A DNA stretch of 64,000 nt, taken from the NCBI RefSeq assembly GCF_963921235.1, contig NC_086107.1, positions 106,952,001 through 107,016,000 on the forward strand. The letters are read 5' to 3'. The first letter of the stretch is position 1, and each line of letters begins with the position of its first letter. Below, piece after piece: positions 50,430 to 63,199 of this stretch. Made by a program: the position numbers and the translations under genes. The notes under the pieces are model-generated. The model saw only the letters and a program-made list of their open reading frames with translations, was not told where the DNA came from and did not search any database. Origin of the DNA: Mobula hypostoma. Its lineage: Eukaryota.

Positions 50430-52050
50430 ACTTAGAATACCTTCCAATAACTTTCCCACTACTGATGTCAGGTTTACTGGCCTATAATTTCCCAGCTTAT
50501 TTTTAGAGCCTTTCTTAAACAACGGAGCAGAATGAGCTATCCTCTAATCCTACGACACTTCATCAGTTACTAAAACATTTGAAATATCTCTGCTAGAGTC
50601 CCTGCAATTTCTGCATTAGCCTCCTACAAGGTCTAAGGGAACACCTTTGCCTGCCATGGGGAGTTATCCATTCTAATTTGTCTTAAAACTGTGAACATTT
50701 CCTCCTCTGTAATCTATATACGGTCCCTGAACTCACAGCTGCTTTGCCTCACTTTTATAGGCACTGTGTCGATCTCCTGAGTAAGTTCAGAGGCAAAAAA
50801 ATCTGTCTAAGGTCTTCCCCATCTCTTTCAGTTCCACACATAGATTATCACTCTGACCTTCAAGAGGACCAGTCCTGTCCATTGCAATACTTTTGCTCTG
50901 TAGAAGCCTTTGGGATTCTCCTTCACCTTGCTTGCTAGAGCAATCTCATGCCTTCTTTTAGCCCTCCTGATTTCCTTCTTAAGTGTTCTCTTGCATTTCT
51001 TATACTCTTCAAGTACTTCATTTGTTCCTGCCTGACTATTCTTGCTACCTACCTCTTTCTTCTTTTTAACCGGGGCCTCAATATCTGTTGAAAACCAATG
51101 TTTGTTGTATATATTAAAAAAAAACATTTAAAGTGCCACACTGTTTTCAGGTTGTTTAAAACTTTCTTGCTCAGAAAGTTGCCTGGTCCGCACCTGCTGT
51201 TATAAAAAATTAGAGAGAATATTGACTTTTGGCTGCTCACCCTACCACTGAAGAATGCTGTAGACTTTGATCTGATGTCCCTAAAACCGTCACCTGTAAG
51301 GCAACGGACCAGCTGGGAATCTCATTCTCATTCACAGAACCTGCTGTCTGATCCCCTACATTCATAGAAATAGAAATTTACGGCACATTGTAGGCCGTTC
51401 GGCCCACAATGTTGTGCCAACCATATAACCTACTCTAGAAACTGCCTAGAATTTCCCTAGTGCATAGCCCTCTATTTTTCTAAGCTCCATGTACCTCTTA
51501 AAAGACCCTACTGTACCCGCTTCCACCACCGCAGCCGGCCGTGCATTCCACGTGCCCACCACTCTCTGTGTGAAAAACTTACCCCTGACATCGCCTCGGT
51601 ATCTATTTCCAAGCACATTAAAACTATGCCCCCTCGTAATAACCATTTCAGCCCTGGGACAAAGCCTGTGGCTACCCACAGGAACAATGCCTTTCATCAT
51701 CTTGTACACCTCGATGGCATCACCTCTCATCCTCCATCGCTCCGAGGAGAAAAGGCCAAGTACTCTCAACCTATTCTCATAAGGCATGCTCTCCAATCCA
51801 GGCAACATTCTTGTAAATCTCCTCTGCACTCTCTCTATATTTTCCACATCCTTTCCTATAGTGAGGTGACCAGAACTGAACATAGGACTGGAAGTGGGGT
51901 TTGACCAAGGTCTTACATTACCTCATGGTTCTTGAACTCAATCTCGTGGTTGACGAATGCCAACACACCATACACCTTCTTAACAACACAGCCAACCTGC
52001 ACAGCAGCTTTGAGTGTCCCATCGACATAGACCTCAAGATCTCACAGATC
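50430..52050 (-). mobile_element. CR1-clade LINE fragments (ORF2 middle at ~50430-51100; 3' end at ~51365-52050)
   Basis: Encodes EEYKKCKRTLKKEIRRAKRRHEIALASKVKENPKGFY and KDVENIERVQRRFTRMLPGLE...FFTQRVVGTWN. Confidence 0.8.
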
Positions 52051-52109
52051 CTCCACAATGTACTTTCACTACAGCTTGGCACTGTGAATCTTCTTCAAAT
52101 TCTGACCCC

Positions 52110-53335
52110 TTCTCAGAATCAGGTTCATTATCACTGATATACTTTCTGTTGTGAAATTTGCTGTTTTGCAAGAACAGTACAGTGCAATACATAAAATATA
52201 CTACAAGTTACAATAAGATATATATACACTCACACATAAGATAAGTAGTGTAAAAAGAGAGAGCAAAAATAGTGAGGTAGTGTTCATGGGTTCATTGTCT
52301 GTTTGGAAATCTGATGGTGGAGGGGAAGAAGCTGTTCAAAATGTTGAGTGTGTGTCTTCGGGCTCCTGTGCCTCCTCCCTGATAATGAGAGCAGAGCATG
52401 TCTTGGGTGATGAGGGTCCTTAATGATGGATAATGCCTTTCTGATGCATCGCCTTTTGAAGATCAAGTCGTCAAGTCAAGTCGCTTTTTATTGTCATTTC
52501 GACCATAAACTGCTGGTACAGTGCACAGTAAAAACGAAACAATGTTCCTCCAGGACCATGGTGCTACATGAAACAACACAAAACTACACTAGACGAAGTG
52601 AAACAACACAAGGCTACACTAGACTACGTAAGACAACACAAAAACTACACTAGTCTACAGACCTACACAGGACTACATAATGAGCACAAAACAGTGCAGG
52701 GCAGCACAATAAATAATAAACAAGACAATAGGCACAGTAGAGGACAAATTACAATATCAATAATAAATGATGTAGATGTCGGTCTTGTCTCTGGATATTA
52801 AGGAGTCTGATGGCTTGGGAGAAGAAACTGTTGCACAGTCTGGTCATGAGAGCCTGAATGCTTTGGTACCTTTTGCCAGATGGCAGGAGGGAGAAGAGTT
52901 TGTATGAGGGGTGTATGGGGTCTTTCACAATGCTGTTGGCTTTTCGGGTGCAGCATGTAGTGTAAATGTCTGTAATGGCGGGAAGAGATACCCTGATGAT
53001 CTTCTCAGCTGACCTCACTATCCGCTGCAGGGTCTTGCGATCCGAGACGGTGCAATTTCCAAACCAGGCAGTGATGCAGCTGCTCAGGATGCTCTCGATA
53101 CATCCTCTGGAGAATGTGGTGAGGATGGGAGGGTGGGATGTCCTCGGTGCTGGGGAGGTTAGTGCCCATGATGGAGCTGGCTGAGTTTACAACCCTTTGC
53201 AGCTTCTACCAACGCTGGGCAGTGCCTGACGGTGATGCATGCAGTTTGAGTGTCTCCACAGTACACCTGTAGAAGATTGCTACAGTCTTAGGTGACATAC
53301 CAAATCTCCTCAAACTCCTAATGAAAGATAGCCAC
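52110..53335 (-). mobile_element. Nested Rex1-like LINE 3' ends (younger copy at ~52465-53140 inside an older one)
   Basis: Encodes RSAEKIIRVSLPAITDIYTTCCTRKANSIVKDPIHPSYKLFSLLPSGKRY. The flanking copy encodes KALSIIKDPHHPRHALLS. Confidence 0.75.
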
Positions 53336-53774
53336 TGCATCAAAATATTGGGCTCAGGAACTCTTGACATAACTGGAAGTTCCATAATCACTCTTTTTAA
53401 ATATTAATACACTCCGGCATGCTGCAAACACCTGACAAAATTCATCACCCTCCCTAGATCAAATGACAAATCCTGGATCCCGATGTAAATATATTCTGTG
53501 CTTGGGCACTCTGTTTACAAAGAAATGCTCTTAAAGATCCTCTAAAATGAAGACAGACAACGGGGAACACCAGTGGACTCCTTCGGGACACCAAGTGGAT
53601 TCACAGGGATCTCTTAAAATATGCACATTTTCCCAGCAACCACTTGTAAATACTGACACCCCCCCCCCCGCCCCAGCAACTCTTGTAAATACCCTCAAGG
53701 TTCTCTGTAAATATTTACTCACAACCCAGGCCACTCTGAAATCACGCAAGGACACGTAAAGGCATCTTCACAGA

Positions 53775-54310
53775 GATCCCCTTGAAAATACTGATTCATA
53801 CCCAGGGAACCCTGAAAACACTGGCGTACCCACTGGGACCCCCTGTAAACACTGGCGTACCAACTGGGTCCCCCCCCCCACCCCCCGTAAACACTGGCGT
53901 ACTCACTGGGACCTCTTACAAATTCTGATACACTTACTGGGTCCCTGTAAATACTGATGCATTCCCAGGAACTCCTGTAAATACTGACACGCTCCCAGAA
54001 TCCCCTATAAATAGTGACACACTCACCGGGACCCCCTGTAAATACTGACAAATTCCCAGGGAACCCCTGTAAATACTGACACACTCCCAGAATCCCCTGT
54101 AAACAGTGATGCACTCCCAGAATCCCCTATAAACAGGGACACACTCGACAGGACCCCCTGTAAATACTGACGCACTCCCCGGGACCCCCTGTAAATACTG
54201 ACACACTCCCAGAATCCCCTATAAACACTGACATACTCCCAGGATCCCCTGTAAGTACTGACACACTTGCTGGGACCCCTGTAAATACTGACAACACTCC
54301 AAGGGACTCC
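53775..54310. repeat. 30-32-bp minisatellite
   Basis: Unit CCCCTGTAAATACTGACACACTCCCAGAAT, period ~30-32 bp, more than 14 units. Confidence 0.93.
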
Positions 54311-54354
54311 CTGTGTCTACTGTACCAACACGCTTGTCGGGACTCCTGGGGTAC

Positions 54355-54615
54355 AGGGTAGCATAGTGGTTAGCCCAACGCTTTACAGTACCAGCGACCC
54401 CGGTTCAATTCCCACCGCTGCCTGTAAGGAGTTTGTACGTTCTCCCTGTGACCGCGTGGGTTTCCTCCGGGTGCTCTGGTTTCCTCCCACAGTCCAAAGA
54501 CATACTGTGAATCATTGTAAATTGCCCCGTGATTAGGCTAGGATTAAATAGGGGGTTGCAGGCTGCCTCGGCTCAAAGGGTCCAAAGCGCAAACGGTATC
54601 TCAATAAATAAATAA
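54355..54615 (+). mobile_element. tRNA-derived V-domain SINE (HE1-like); representative copy
   Basis: A-box-like TAGCATAGTGG, B-box GGTTCAATTCC, V-core GGGTTTCCTCCGGGTGCTCTGGTTTCCTCCCACAGTCCAAAGAC and an (AATA)n tail. Further copies at ~700, 6850, 11210, 21870, 23020, 25680, 30880, 36300, 38670, 41750, 43900, 58900, 59510 and 61715. Confidence 0.8.
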
Positions 54616-55064
54616 TTAAACCTGTAAAAACCAGCCCACACTCCCCTTGAGTCATTTGGAAACTTAATACATCCCAGAGTAAAATCATTCAAGAGATGTT
54701 TAAAAATACTTTGCAATGAAAATGAAATGAGTATTGAAGTGTTTACTGGCAGGTATGGAGTGTGACTCGAGGCATCAATGGCTCCAGCATCACCTGCCTT
54801 CTGTTCACAAGTGAGTAACACCATCATCAATTACTGGGGAAGGATTAGGAGTCGTTGTTAAACACGCTCTTAATCACATACTTTCCTTGCACGAGCCAAG
54901 CGCTTTTATTGATGAATTAACTAACTTCAAGTGATTCATGATTCTAGTACAGTAAACCATCATTCATACGGAAAGCGGGATTCCTCCTGGCAAATACCGA
55001 TCGCCCAACTAGCAGCATTAAAAGCGATGATCACCTTCTTTAAAAACGGAGAAATATTCAAATG

Positions 55065-57025
55065 GCAAAATAGTTCAACCATGGCTGACAGGAGAAGTTA
55101 AAAAGAATGCAGAAGCTAAAGAAAGGGCATACAACAAAGGAAAAAGTTAGTGGAAAGATAGAGGATTGGAAAGCTTTTAAAAATCTACATAGAGCAACTA
55201 AAAGAATCCTTTGGAGGGAAAAGATGAAATATGAAAGCAAGCTAGCAAACAATATAGAGGAGGACAGAAAAAACTTTTTCAAGTATATAAAAAATAAGTG
55301 GATATAGGACTGCTAGAAAACGACGGCAGAGAAATCGTAGCAGGGGACAAGCAGATAGCAGACGAACTAAATAAGTATTTTGCATCAGTCGTCACTGTGG
55401 AAGACACTAGCAGTGTGCTTGGTGTTGAAGGGTGTGAGGGAAGGGAAATGAGTGCAGTTACAAGGGAGAAGGTGCTCAAAAAGCTGAAAGACCTAAAAGT
55501 TCATAAGCCTCCTGGATCAGATGACCTGCAATCTAGGGTTCTGAAAGAGGTAGCAGTAGAGACTGGGGAGACATTAGGAATAATCTCTCAAGAATCACTG
55601 GACTCTGACATGGTTCCGGAGGACTGGAAAATTGCAAATATCACTCCACTCTTCAAGGAAGGAGGGAGGCAGCAGAAAGGAAATTATAGAGCAGTTAGCC
55701 TGACCTCAGTGGTTGGAAAGATGTTGGAGTCAACTGTTGAGGATGAGGTTATGGAGTACTTGGTGACACAGGACAAGATAGGACAAAGTCAGCATGGTTT
55801 CCTTAAGATTACAAATAGGATGGATAAAGGGGATGCAGTGGATGTTGTATATTTGGATTTTGACAAGGTGCCACACATGAGGCTGCTTACTAAGTTAAGA
55901 GCCCTGGTATTACAGGAAAGTTCTTACAAGGTTAGAGCATTGGCTGATTGGTAGGAGGCAGCGAGTGGGAATAAAAGGATCATTTTCTGGTTGGTTGCCA
56001 GTGACTAATGGTGTTCTGCAGGGGTCGGTGTTGGGACCTCTTCTTTTTATGCAGTATATCAATGATTTAGATGATGATTTAATGGCTTTGTTGCCAAGTT
56101 TGCAGATGATTCGAAGCTTGCTGGAGGGGCAGGTCATGTTGAGGAAACAGGAAGGCTCCCGAAGGACTTAGACAGATTAGGAAGATGGGCAAGAAAGCGG
56201 CAGGTGAAATATAATGTTGGAAAATGCATGGTCATGCACTTTTGTAGAAGAAATAAATGTGCAGACTACTTTCTAAATGGGGATAAAATCAAAAAATCGG
56301 AGAGGGCAAGGGACTTGGGAGTCCTTGTGCAGAACAACCTAAAGGTTAACTTGCAGGTTGAGTCGGTGGTGAGGAAGGCAAATGAAATGTTAGCATTCAT
56401 TTCAAGAGGTTGAGAATACAAGAGCAAGGATGTGATGCTGAGGCTTTATAAGGCACTGGTGAGGCCTTCATCTTGAGTATTGTGAACAGTTTTGGGCTCC
56501 TTAACTAAGAAAAGATGTGCTGGCATTGGAGAGGGTCCAGAGGAGGTTCACAAGGATATTTTTTGGGAATGAAAGGGTTATCATATGAGGAAGTTTTGAT
56601 GGCTTTGGGCCTGTACTCGCTGGAATTTAGAAGGATGAAGGGGGACCTCATTGAAACCTTTCGAATGTTGAATTACCTAGACACAGTAGATGTGGAACAT
56701 ATGTTTCCCTTGGTGGAGGAGTCTAGGACAAGAGGGCACAGCCTTAGGATAGAGGGGCGTCCATTTAAAACAGAGATGTGGAAAAATTTCTATAACCAGA
56801 GGGTGATAAATTTGTGGAACTTGTTACCACAGGCAGCTGTGGAGGCCAGGTCGTTGGGTGTATTTAAGGCAGAGATTGATAGGTTCTTGATTGGCCACGA
56901 CATCAAAGCTTACAGGGAGAAGGTTGGGGAGTGGGGCTGAGGAGGGGGAAAAAAAAGGAAGAGCTGTGATTGAACGGTGGAGCAGATTCGATGGGCCAAA
57001 TGGCCTAATTCTGCTCCTGTGACTT
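55065..57025 (+). mobile_element. ~2-kb CR1-clade LINE ORF2 (RT) pseudogene through the 3' end
   Basis: Encodes PEDWKIANITPLFKEG..GNYRAVSLTSVVGKMLES..QHGF..VDVVYLDF..VPH, GVLQGSVLGPLLF..YINDLD, FADD (frameshifted), RDLGVLV and TRGHSLRIEG. Multiple frameshifts. Confidence 0.92.
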
Positions 57026-58217
57026 AAAGTCTTCTTCTGGGTCTTCAGACCAGCTATGTGGCGGGGCTCTTTGCTATCACCAGAAACAGCCTGGAAGACA
57101 AGCACCTTCAGGGAGAACGACCTGGATCCTCGCTGATTTCGCCAACTGAGGTGCTGTGGGAAACTGGAACATCAAGACAGAAAGCGGTGTGACTGTTGCC
57201 GGAAGTAGGCCTCTGCACTTCAGCGATTCCAACACCCCCCCCCCCCCACCTTTATGGTGAGGGAGAGCTCGCCAGTCCTCAAGTCGAGGGGCTTGGAGAA
57301 GCAACACGGAATGCTATAACATCGGAACAGCGAGCTGGTGGTCTCCTGCTCTCGTTATTGCGGGAGCGATATCTCTCCTCCCTCGCTGGAGAGAGGCAGA
57401 GCCTGTCTGAGATACCGATGGGCTGGGTTATGTACTGTAGCTTTTGATGGACCCGAATCAAGGACTCTCTGGGGGGCTTTCGCTATTGCTTGCATGGGGA
57501 AGGGGGTTGGGAGGATGGTCAGTGCTCCTGCTGGCGCAAGAGGAGAGAGGGGGACGGGGAGGGTCAATGATTCTGCTTTGGCTGTGCAATGGGAGGGGGA
57601 GGGATGTTTTGGGGTTCTGATGTTTCTATCGTTCATTCTATGGGGGGGGTTCTTGTTTCATGAATATCTGTGAAGAGTAAGAATTTCAGGTTGTACACGC
57701 TATACATTCTCGGATGTTAAATTGAATTGACTTTATTACTTACATCCTTCATACACATGAGGAGTAAAAATCTTTACGTTACGTCTCCATCTAAATGTGC
57801 CATGTGTAATTTATAATAAATAGTACGTACACCAATATAACATAGAAATACAGCATGAATTAATCAGTCTGATGGCCTGGTGGAAGAAGCTGGCCCGGAG
57901 CCTGTTGGTCCTGGCTTTTATGCTACAGTACCGTTTCCCGGATAGTAGCAACTGGAACAGTTTGTGGTTGGGGTGACTCAGGTCCCCAATGATCCTTCAG
58001 GCCCTTTTTACACACCGGTCTGTGTAAGTGTCCTGAATAGTGGGAAGTTCATATCTACAATGTGCTGGGCTGTCCGCACCACTCTCTGCAGAGTCCATTT
58101 GAACCACCTGAGTCATCATAAGTGGTTGAGCTCATGGGAGTTTCTGTGCTCTAATTGGTTGCGTCAATAGAATGCTTTAGATGTGACTTGGGAACAAGGT
58201 GTTCCAGGGATGTGTAA

Positions 58218-58458
58218 AAAGACACAAACACGAGGAATTCTGCAGATGCTGGAAGTTCAAGCAACACACATCGAAGTTGCTGGTGAACACAGCAGGCCAG
58301 GCAGCATCTCTAGGAAGAGGTACAGTCGACGTTTCGGGCCGAGACCCTTCTTTCAGTTAGTCCTGACGAAGGGTCTCGGCCCGAAACGTCGACTGTACCT
58401 CTTCCTAGAGATGCTGCCTGGCCTGCTGTGTTCACCAGCAACTTCGATGTGTGTTGTT
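58218..58458. mobile_element. Young Penelope-like (PLE) terminal fragment in inverted configuration
   Basis: Perfect 89-bp inverted repeat (58262-58350 / 58368-58456), flanked by the direct repeat ATGTGTAA (58210-58217, 58459-58466). Carries the hammerhead motif. Confidence 0.75.
58359..58394 (+). ncRNA. Minimal type I hammerhead ribozyme motif (Penelope-type)
   Basis: Sequence is AGTC-CTGACGA-a-GGG tctcgg CCC-GAAA-C-GTC-GACT. Stem I is AGTC/GACT, the CUGANGA and GAAA boxes are intact, stem II is GGG/CCC, stem III is the loopless palindrome ACGT, and the GUC cleavage triplet ends at 58390. Confidence 0.75.
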
Positions 58459-58494
58459 ATGTGTAACGAGACCCTCTTTTTCAAAAGGTTACCT

Positions 58495-58863
58495 CTAGTT
58501 TGGGTGTTGGGGTGGAGATACGTCTCTACCAAAGGAGGTGTGAGGTTCTCCTTCCCCCTGCTAGCCTACAGGTCACCCTGGGGCAAGGAGCGGCACCTGC
58601 TTAGTCCCTCGATCAGGGTCACATGAAGCCACGGAAGCAGGTGGTGGATGGTCATGTGGTGATGTGACCACTGATACCAGGCAGACAATCTCTGAAGAGT
58701 ATTGATATTGACTGTGGTCACCCATCTTGTAACGACACTGCCCAGAAGGAGGCAATGGCAAACCACTTGTGCAGAAAAATTTGCCTAGAACAATCATGGT
58801 CATGAGACCATGGTCGCCCACGTCATAGGACATGGCACATGATGCTGATGATGATGATGATGA
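58495..58863 (+). mobile_element. Short non-autonomous retroelement with (GAT)n tail, probably RTE-mobilised
   Basis: Homologous minus-strand copies at ~44610-44955 and ~62600-62950. The tail type matches the RTE copy at 22161. Confidence 0.55.
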
Positions 58864-60009
58864 CCTTCATTTGTCATTTGTACATCAAAATGTCAAAACT
58901 TGCTGAGTTCAGAGTTCAATCCCAGCATCCTCTGCAAAGAGTCCTCTGTACATCCTCCCCGTGGAATGTGTAGGTTTCCTACGGGTGCTCTGGTTTCCTC
59001 CCACAGTCCAAAGACGTACTGGGTAGGTTAATTGGTAATTGTAAATTGTCCCGTGACTGGGTTAGGGTTAATCAGGGTTGTTGGGGGTTGCTGGGTGGTA
59101 CAGCTTGAAGGGCCTTTCTGTGCTCTCTAAATAAATAAATAGACAAACTGGAAATACAAAAAGCAAACAAACAAATGTAACAATAAAAATAAAATAAAAT
59201 AAACAATTCTGAGTACATGAGTCATTGAGAATGAGTCCATGGGTTGTGTTCTGTGATCAGTTCAGGGGTGGGGGGAGCGAAGTTATCCAGGCTGGTCGTT
59301 GCGATTTATCTCGGGGCAGTCGGTGGGACTGCGTGAAGGACAAGATGGGTTAGGGTAGGATGAGTGGTTGAGGGGTGCCATGGACTCGATGGGCTGAAGG
59401 GTCTGTTTCTGTGCTGTTCTGTCTCTGTGGCCCAATGGCTCCTTCCCAGACAGACAGGAATAGAGAAGAAATGTCCTAGCTGTTAACATTTAAAATGTTT
59501 TTATTTATTATTATTGACATACAGCGTGGAACAAGTCCTTCCGGTCCTTTGAGCTGTGCTGTCCAGCAAATCCCAACTTAATCCTAGTCTAATCACGTGA
59601 CAATTTACAATGACTGATTAACCTACCAGTCCATCTTTGGACTGTGGGAGGAAACCAGAGCACCCGGAGGAAACCCTCGCGGTCACAAGGGGAATGTACA
59701 TTCTTCTCCTAGGCAGTGGCAGGAATTGAAGCCGGGTCGCCTGTACTATAACGCACTGTGCTAATTGCCATGCTACTGTACTGCCCCCGGTACATCTGAT
59801 AAATCGACATCAAAGAGAAATTTTGTTCAAAATCTCACGTCCAATATTAGTCAAGCATCACCCACCCAAGCTATAAAACTCCAGTAGCTCCCGGTAAAAT
59901 AACACCGCTGCTTTAAAACTCTCTTTCTCCTTTTAACTTCCAGGTTAAGTCAGAGGTGAGTTAAGCTGTTCTTTAAAACCACTGTGGCTGAACGTACATT
60001 CTAAGGTTG

Positions 60010-60520
60010 CTTTTTTAGGTACACCCGTACACCTGCTTGTTAATGCAAATGTTTAGTCAGCCAATCACACGGCCGTAGATCAGTGCGTAAAAGCATGCAG
60101 GCATGGTCTAGAGGTTCAGGTGTTTTTCAGACCAAACGCTGGAATGGTGAAGAACTGTGATCTGAGTGGTTCTGGCTGTAGAATGATTATTGGTGCTAGA
60201 TGGGGTGGTTTGAGTGTCTCAGAAACTGCTGATCTAGGATTTTCACGAGTAGCAGTCTTCAGTGTTAACAGAGAATGGTGTTGGAAAAAAATGCAGTTCT
60301 GAGGATGGAAAAGCCTTGTTAACGAGAGAGGTCAGAGGAGCAAGGCCAGGCTAGTTCAAGCTGACAGTGACACAAGTAACCACTTGTTACCACAGTGGTG
60401 TGCAGAAGAGGATCTCTGAATTCTCAACACGTTGAACAGCAGTCGAAGACCACGAACGTACACTCAGTGGCCATTTTATTAGGTATGGGAGGCACCTAAC
60501 AAGACGGCCACCGAGTGTAG
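60010..60520 (+). mobile_element. Tc1/mariner derivative (same family)
   Basis: Encodes MIIGARWGGLSVSETADLGFSRVAV. TIR-like CACTCAGTGGCCATTTTATTAGGTA at ~60461 and ACCTAACAAGACGGCCACCGAGTG at the end. Confidence 0.7.
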
Positions 60521-60539
60521 TTCTGTCCACCTGTCACAC

Positions 60540-60905
60540 TAGATAGATAGATAGTTCATTGATCCTAAAGGAAATTACAGTGTCACAGTAGCACAGATAT
60601 ACAAATATACAAATATTAGAAGAGAAGGAAAAAAGAATAAAAAATAAGTTATCTCAAACAGGAGGGGGTCATCACTTTCTCGGCTACAGGTTAACTCATC
60701 ATAGAGCCTAATAGCCGAGGGTAAGAATGACCTCATATAACGCTCTTTGGAGTGGCGCAGTTGTCTTAGTCTATTACTAAAAGTGCTCCTCTGTCCAGCC
60801 AAGGTGGCATGCAGAGGGTGAGAAACATTGTCCAGATCTACCAGTATTTTCCGTAGGGTCCTTTGTTCTAGCACAGCCTCCAGTGTGTCCAGTTTGACTC
60901 CTATA
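60540..60905 (-). mobile_element. Rex1/Babar-clade LINE 3' end
   Basis: Encodes LDNVSHPLHATLAGQRSTFSNRLRQLRHSKERYMRSFLPSAIRLY, with a (CTAT)n tail. Confidence 0.8.
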
Positions 60906-63199
60906 TCTCTGATAACTGTGTGCTTATGTGGGTCAGTATCAAATTTTGTTTGGTAATATTCAATGGAAGTTATTGTATTCATTTTGAGCCTGTTCTGATG
61001 TAGAGATGCATGTATCAACTCTCAAAGCTGGCAAGTCAGACTAGTTTTTAGATGTTAATTCATTTCAAATCCCCAAGGGTCGCGAAGGGACCTTGTAAAG
61101 GACATAGTTAACCTGATTAAAAGGAGGTTTGCCAAACGGTATCACATGCTCTCAGACTTCTCTCTCGTGCTCTCGGTCAAGATCTTTTAAATGTGTCATG
61201 CCTCCTTCCTGAAGCAAATACGTATCCAGTTCAAGCACGCTGCCCCTTATGAAGCGACAAGCTGCAGCTCCATAGCCAGATAACTCCAAATAGCATAAAT
61301 ACGGGAAGAAAGTTGAAATCAAAGAAATCAGAAGTGGTGCAGTACAAATAAAATTAAGAATGCACAGTTATAAGCAGGCAGGAGTGCTCCACATACCATT
61401 AAACTTACCCACAACATGCAACAACCAATCCAGCACAGTCACTAATATCCAAACCAATTACATCCAAGGTAAATCTTGGTGACGAGGAAAGTCTAGCAAG
61501 TGTAAATCTAACAACAAGCACCAGCAGACCGATTCATATGTACCATATCAGCAGACTCAAAAACAGTTACTTTCCCCAAACAGTAAGGGTGATCACCTAC
61601 TAGACCCTCCCCAACCACCACTACTTTACCAATTTCTGCCAGAGTCACCTTATGTACAGACACTCCTGTGCCTAGCGTCACTTTACGGACAGGCGATCAA
61701 TCTATATATGTAAGTGTAGTGGTTAGCCCAACGCTTTACAGCACCAGTGACCCGGGTTCAATTCCTGTCGCTGTCTGTGAGGAGTTTGTGAGTTCTCCCC
61801 ATGACCGCGTGGGTTTCCTCCGGGTGCTCCGGTTTCTTCCCACAGTTCCAAGGTGTACCGGCTGGTAGGTTAATTGCTCATTGTAAATTGTCCAGTGATT
61901 GGGCTGGTGTTAAATCGGGGATTGCTGGGTGGTGAGTCTCGAAGGGTTGGAAGGGCCCATTCTGTACTGTAACAATCAATCAAAAAAAGCTATCTTATGT
62001 ATTTATATTTATTGTATTTTTTAATTATTGTGTTCTTTACCTTATTGTGCTACTTTGCGCTGCATTGGATTGGGAGTAATAATAACTTTGTTCTCCGTTA
62101 CACTTGTGCAGCGGAGATGACATTAATCTACCAAACTTGAACCCCTGAGTATCTGTACCGTTCTATTTAATGTCCACGAGCAACGAACGCAAGTGTGGAC
62201 ATTGCAGGAAAGCAGGGGTTAAAACCGAGCATGGATACTTTATACAGCCTGTCTACTTGTGGAGCTTCATAAAGGCTGCAGTCAGGATGATAAGCTGACA
62301 GAGACAGCGTGCAGATATAGTATGGCCCTTGAAAACTTAACTTTTGTACAGCCTTTCCGATCAAGCTTGGGGACCAAGGTCACCAAGTTTACCAAAACAA
62401 GGTAAAATTGCAAATGAAGGATTCTTGAACAACACTTACTATTGGACGGTTATTTTACTGATTCTCAAGTGTTATTGGCCACGAACATGTAGATTTAATT
62501 GGTTATTAATACCTGAAGTATGCATTATGATTGGTGCTTAAATAATCAAATAATATTCAGCAGTAAAATGCACTAAGTTTCTATTGGATTAATACTTGGA
62601 TCATTATCATTGTTATGTGCCATGTTGTATGACTTGGGCGATCATGGTCTTTCCATGACCATGATTGTTCTCGGCAAATTTTTCTGCAGAAATGTCTTCT
62701 TCTGGGCAGTGTCTTTACAAGATGGGTATCAATATTCCTCAGAGATTGTCTGCCTGGTGTCAGCGGTCACATAACCAGGACTTGTGATACGCACCGGCCG
62801 CTCATACGACCGTCCACCACCTGCTCCCGTGGCTTTACGAGACCCTGAGCAGGTGCTACGCCTTGCCCAAGGGTGACCCGCAGTCTAGCGGAGGGAAGGA
62901 GCGCCTACACCTCCTTTGGTAGAGATGTATCTCCACCCCTGCCATCCCAGCATTTGTACACAGCTAGTCAATTTCTGTTTAAAAATGGCATTTATTCGTT
63001 CATCCACTGGGGCAACAGGGCCAATGAAGTGCATTTGAGGAGTGAGCCCAAGTTGTCGAAGTCCAGTTAATTGTCAACAGCACAAGATCACAAGCACGGA
63101 TGAAGAAACAGTTTGACAAAAACATCAGATCTCTAACCCAACCTAGAGGAAGGAAATCCATCCACCACGCCAGAAAAGCACAGCAAACAAATGGCTGAA

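Noticed and set aside
54355..54420. tRNA-like A/B boxes
   Set aside because: This is a SINE head continuous with the V-core and tail, with no full cloverleaf.
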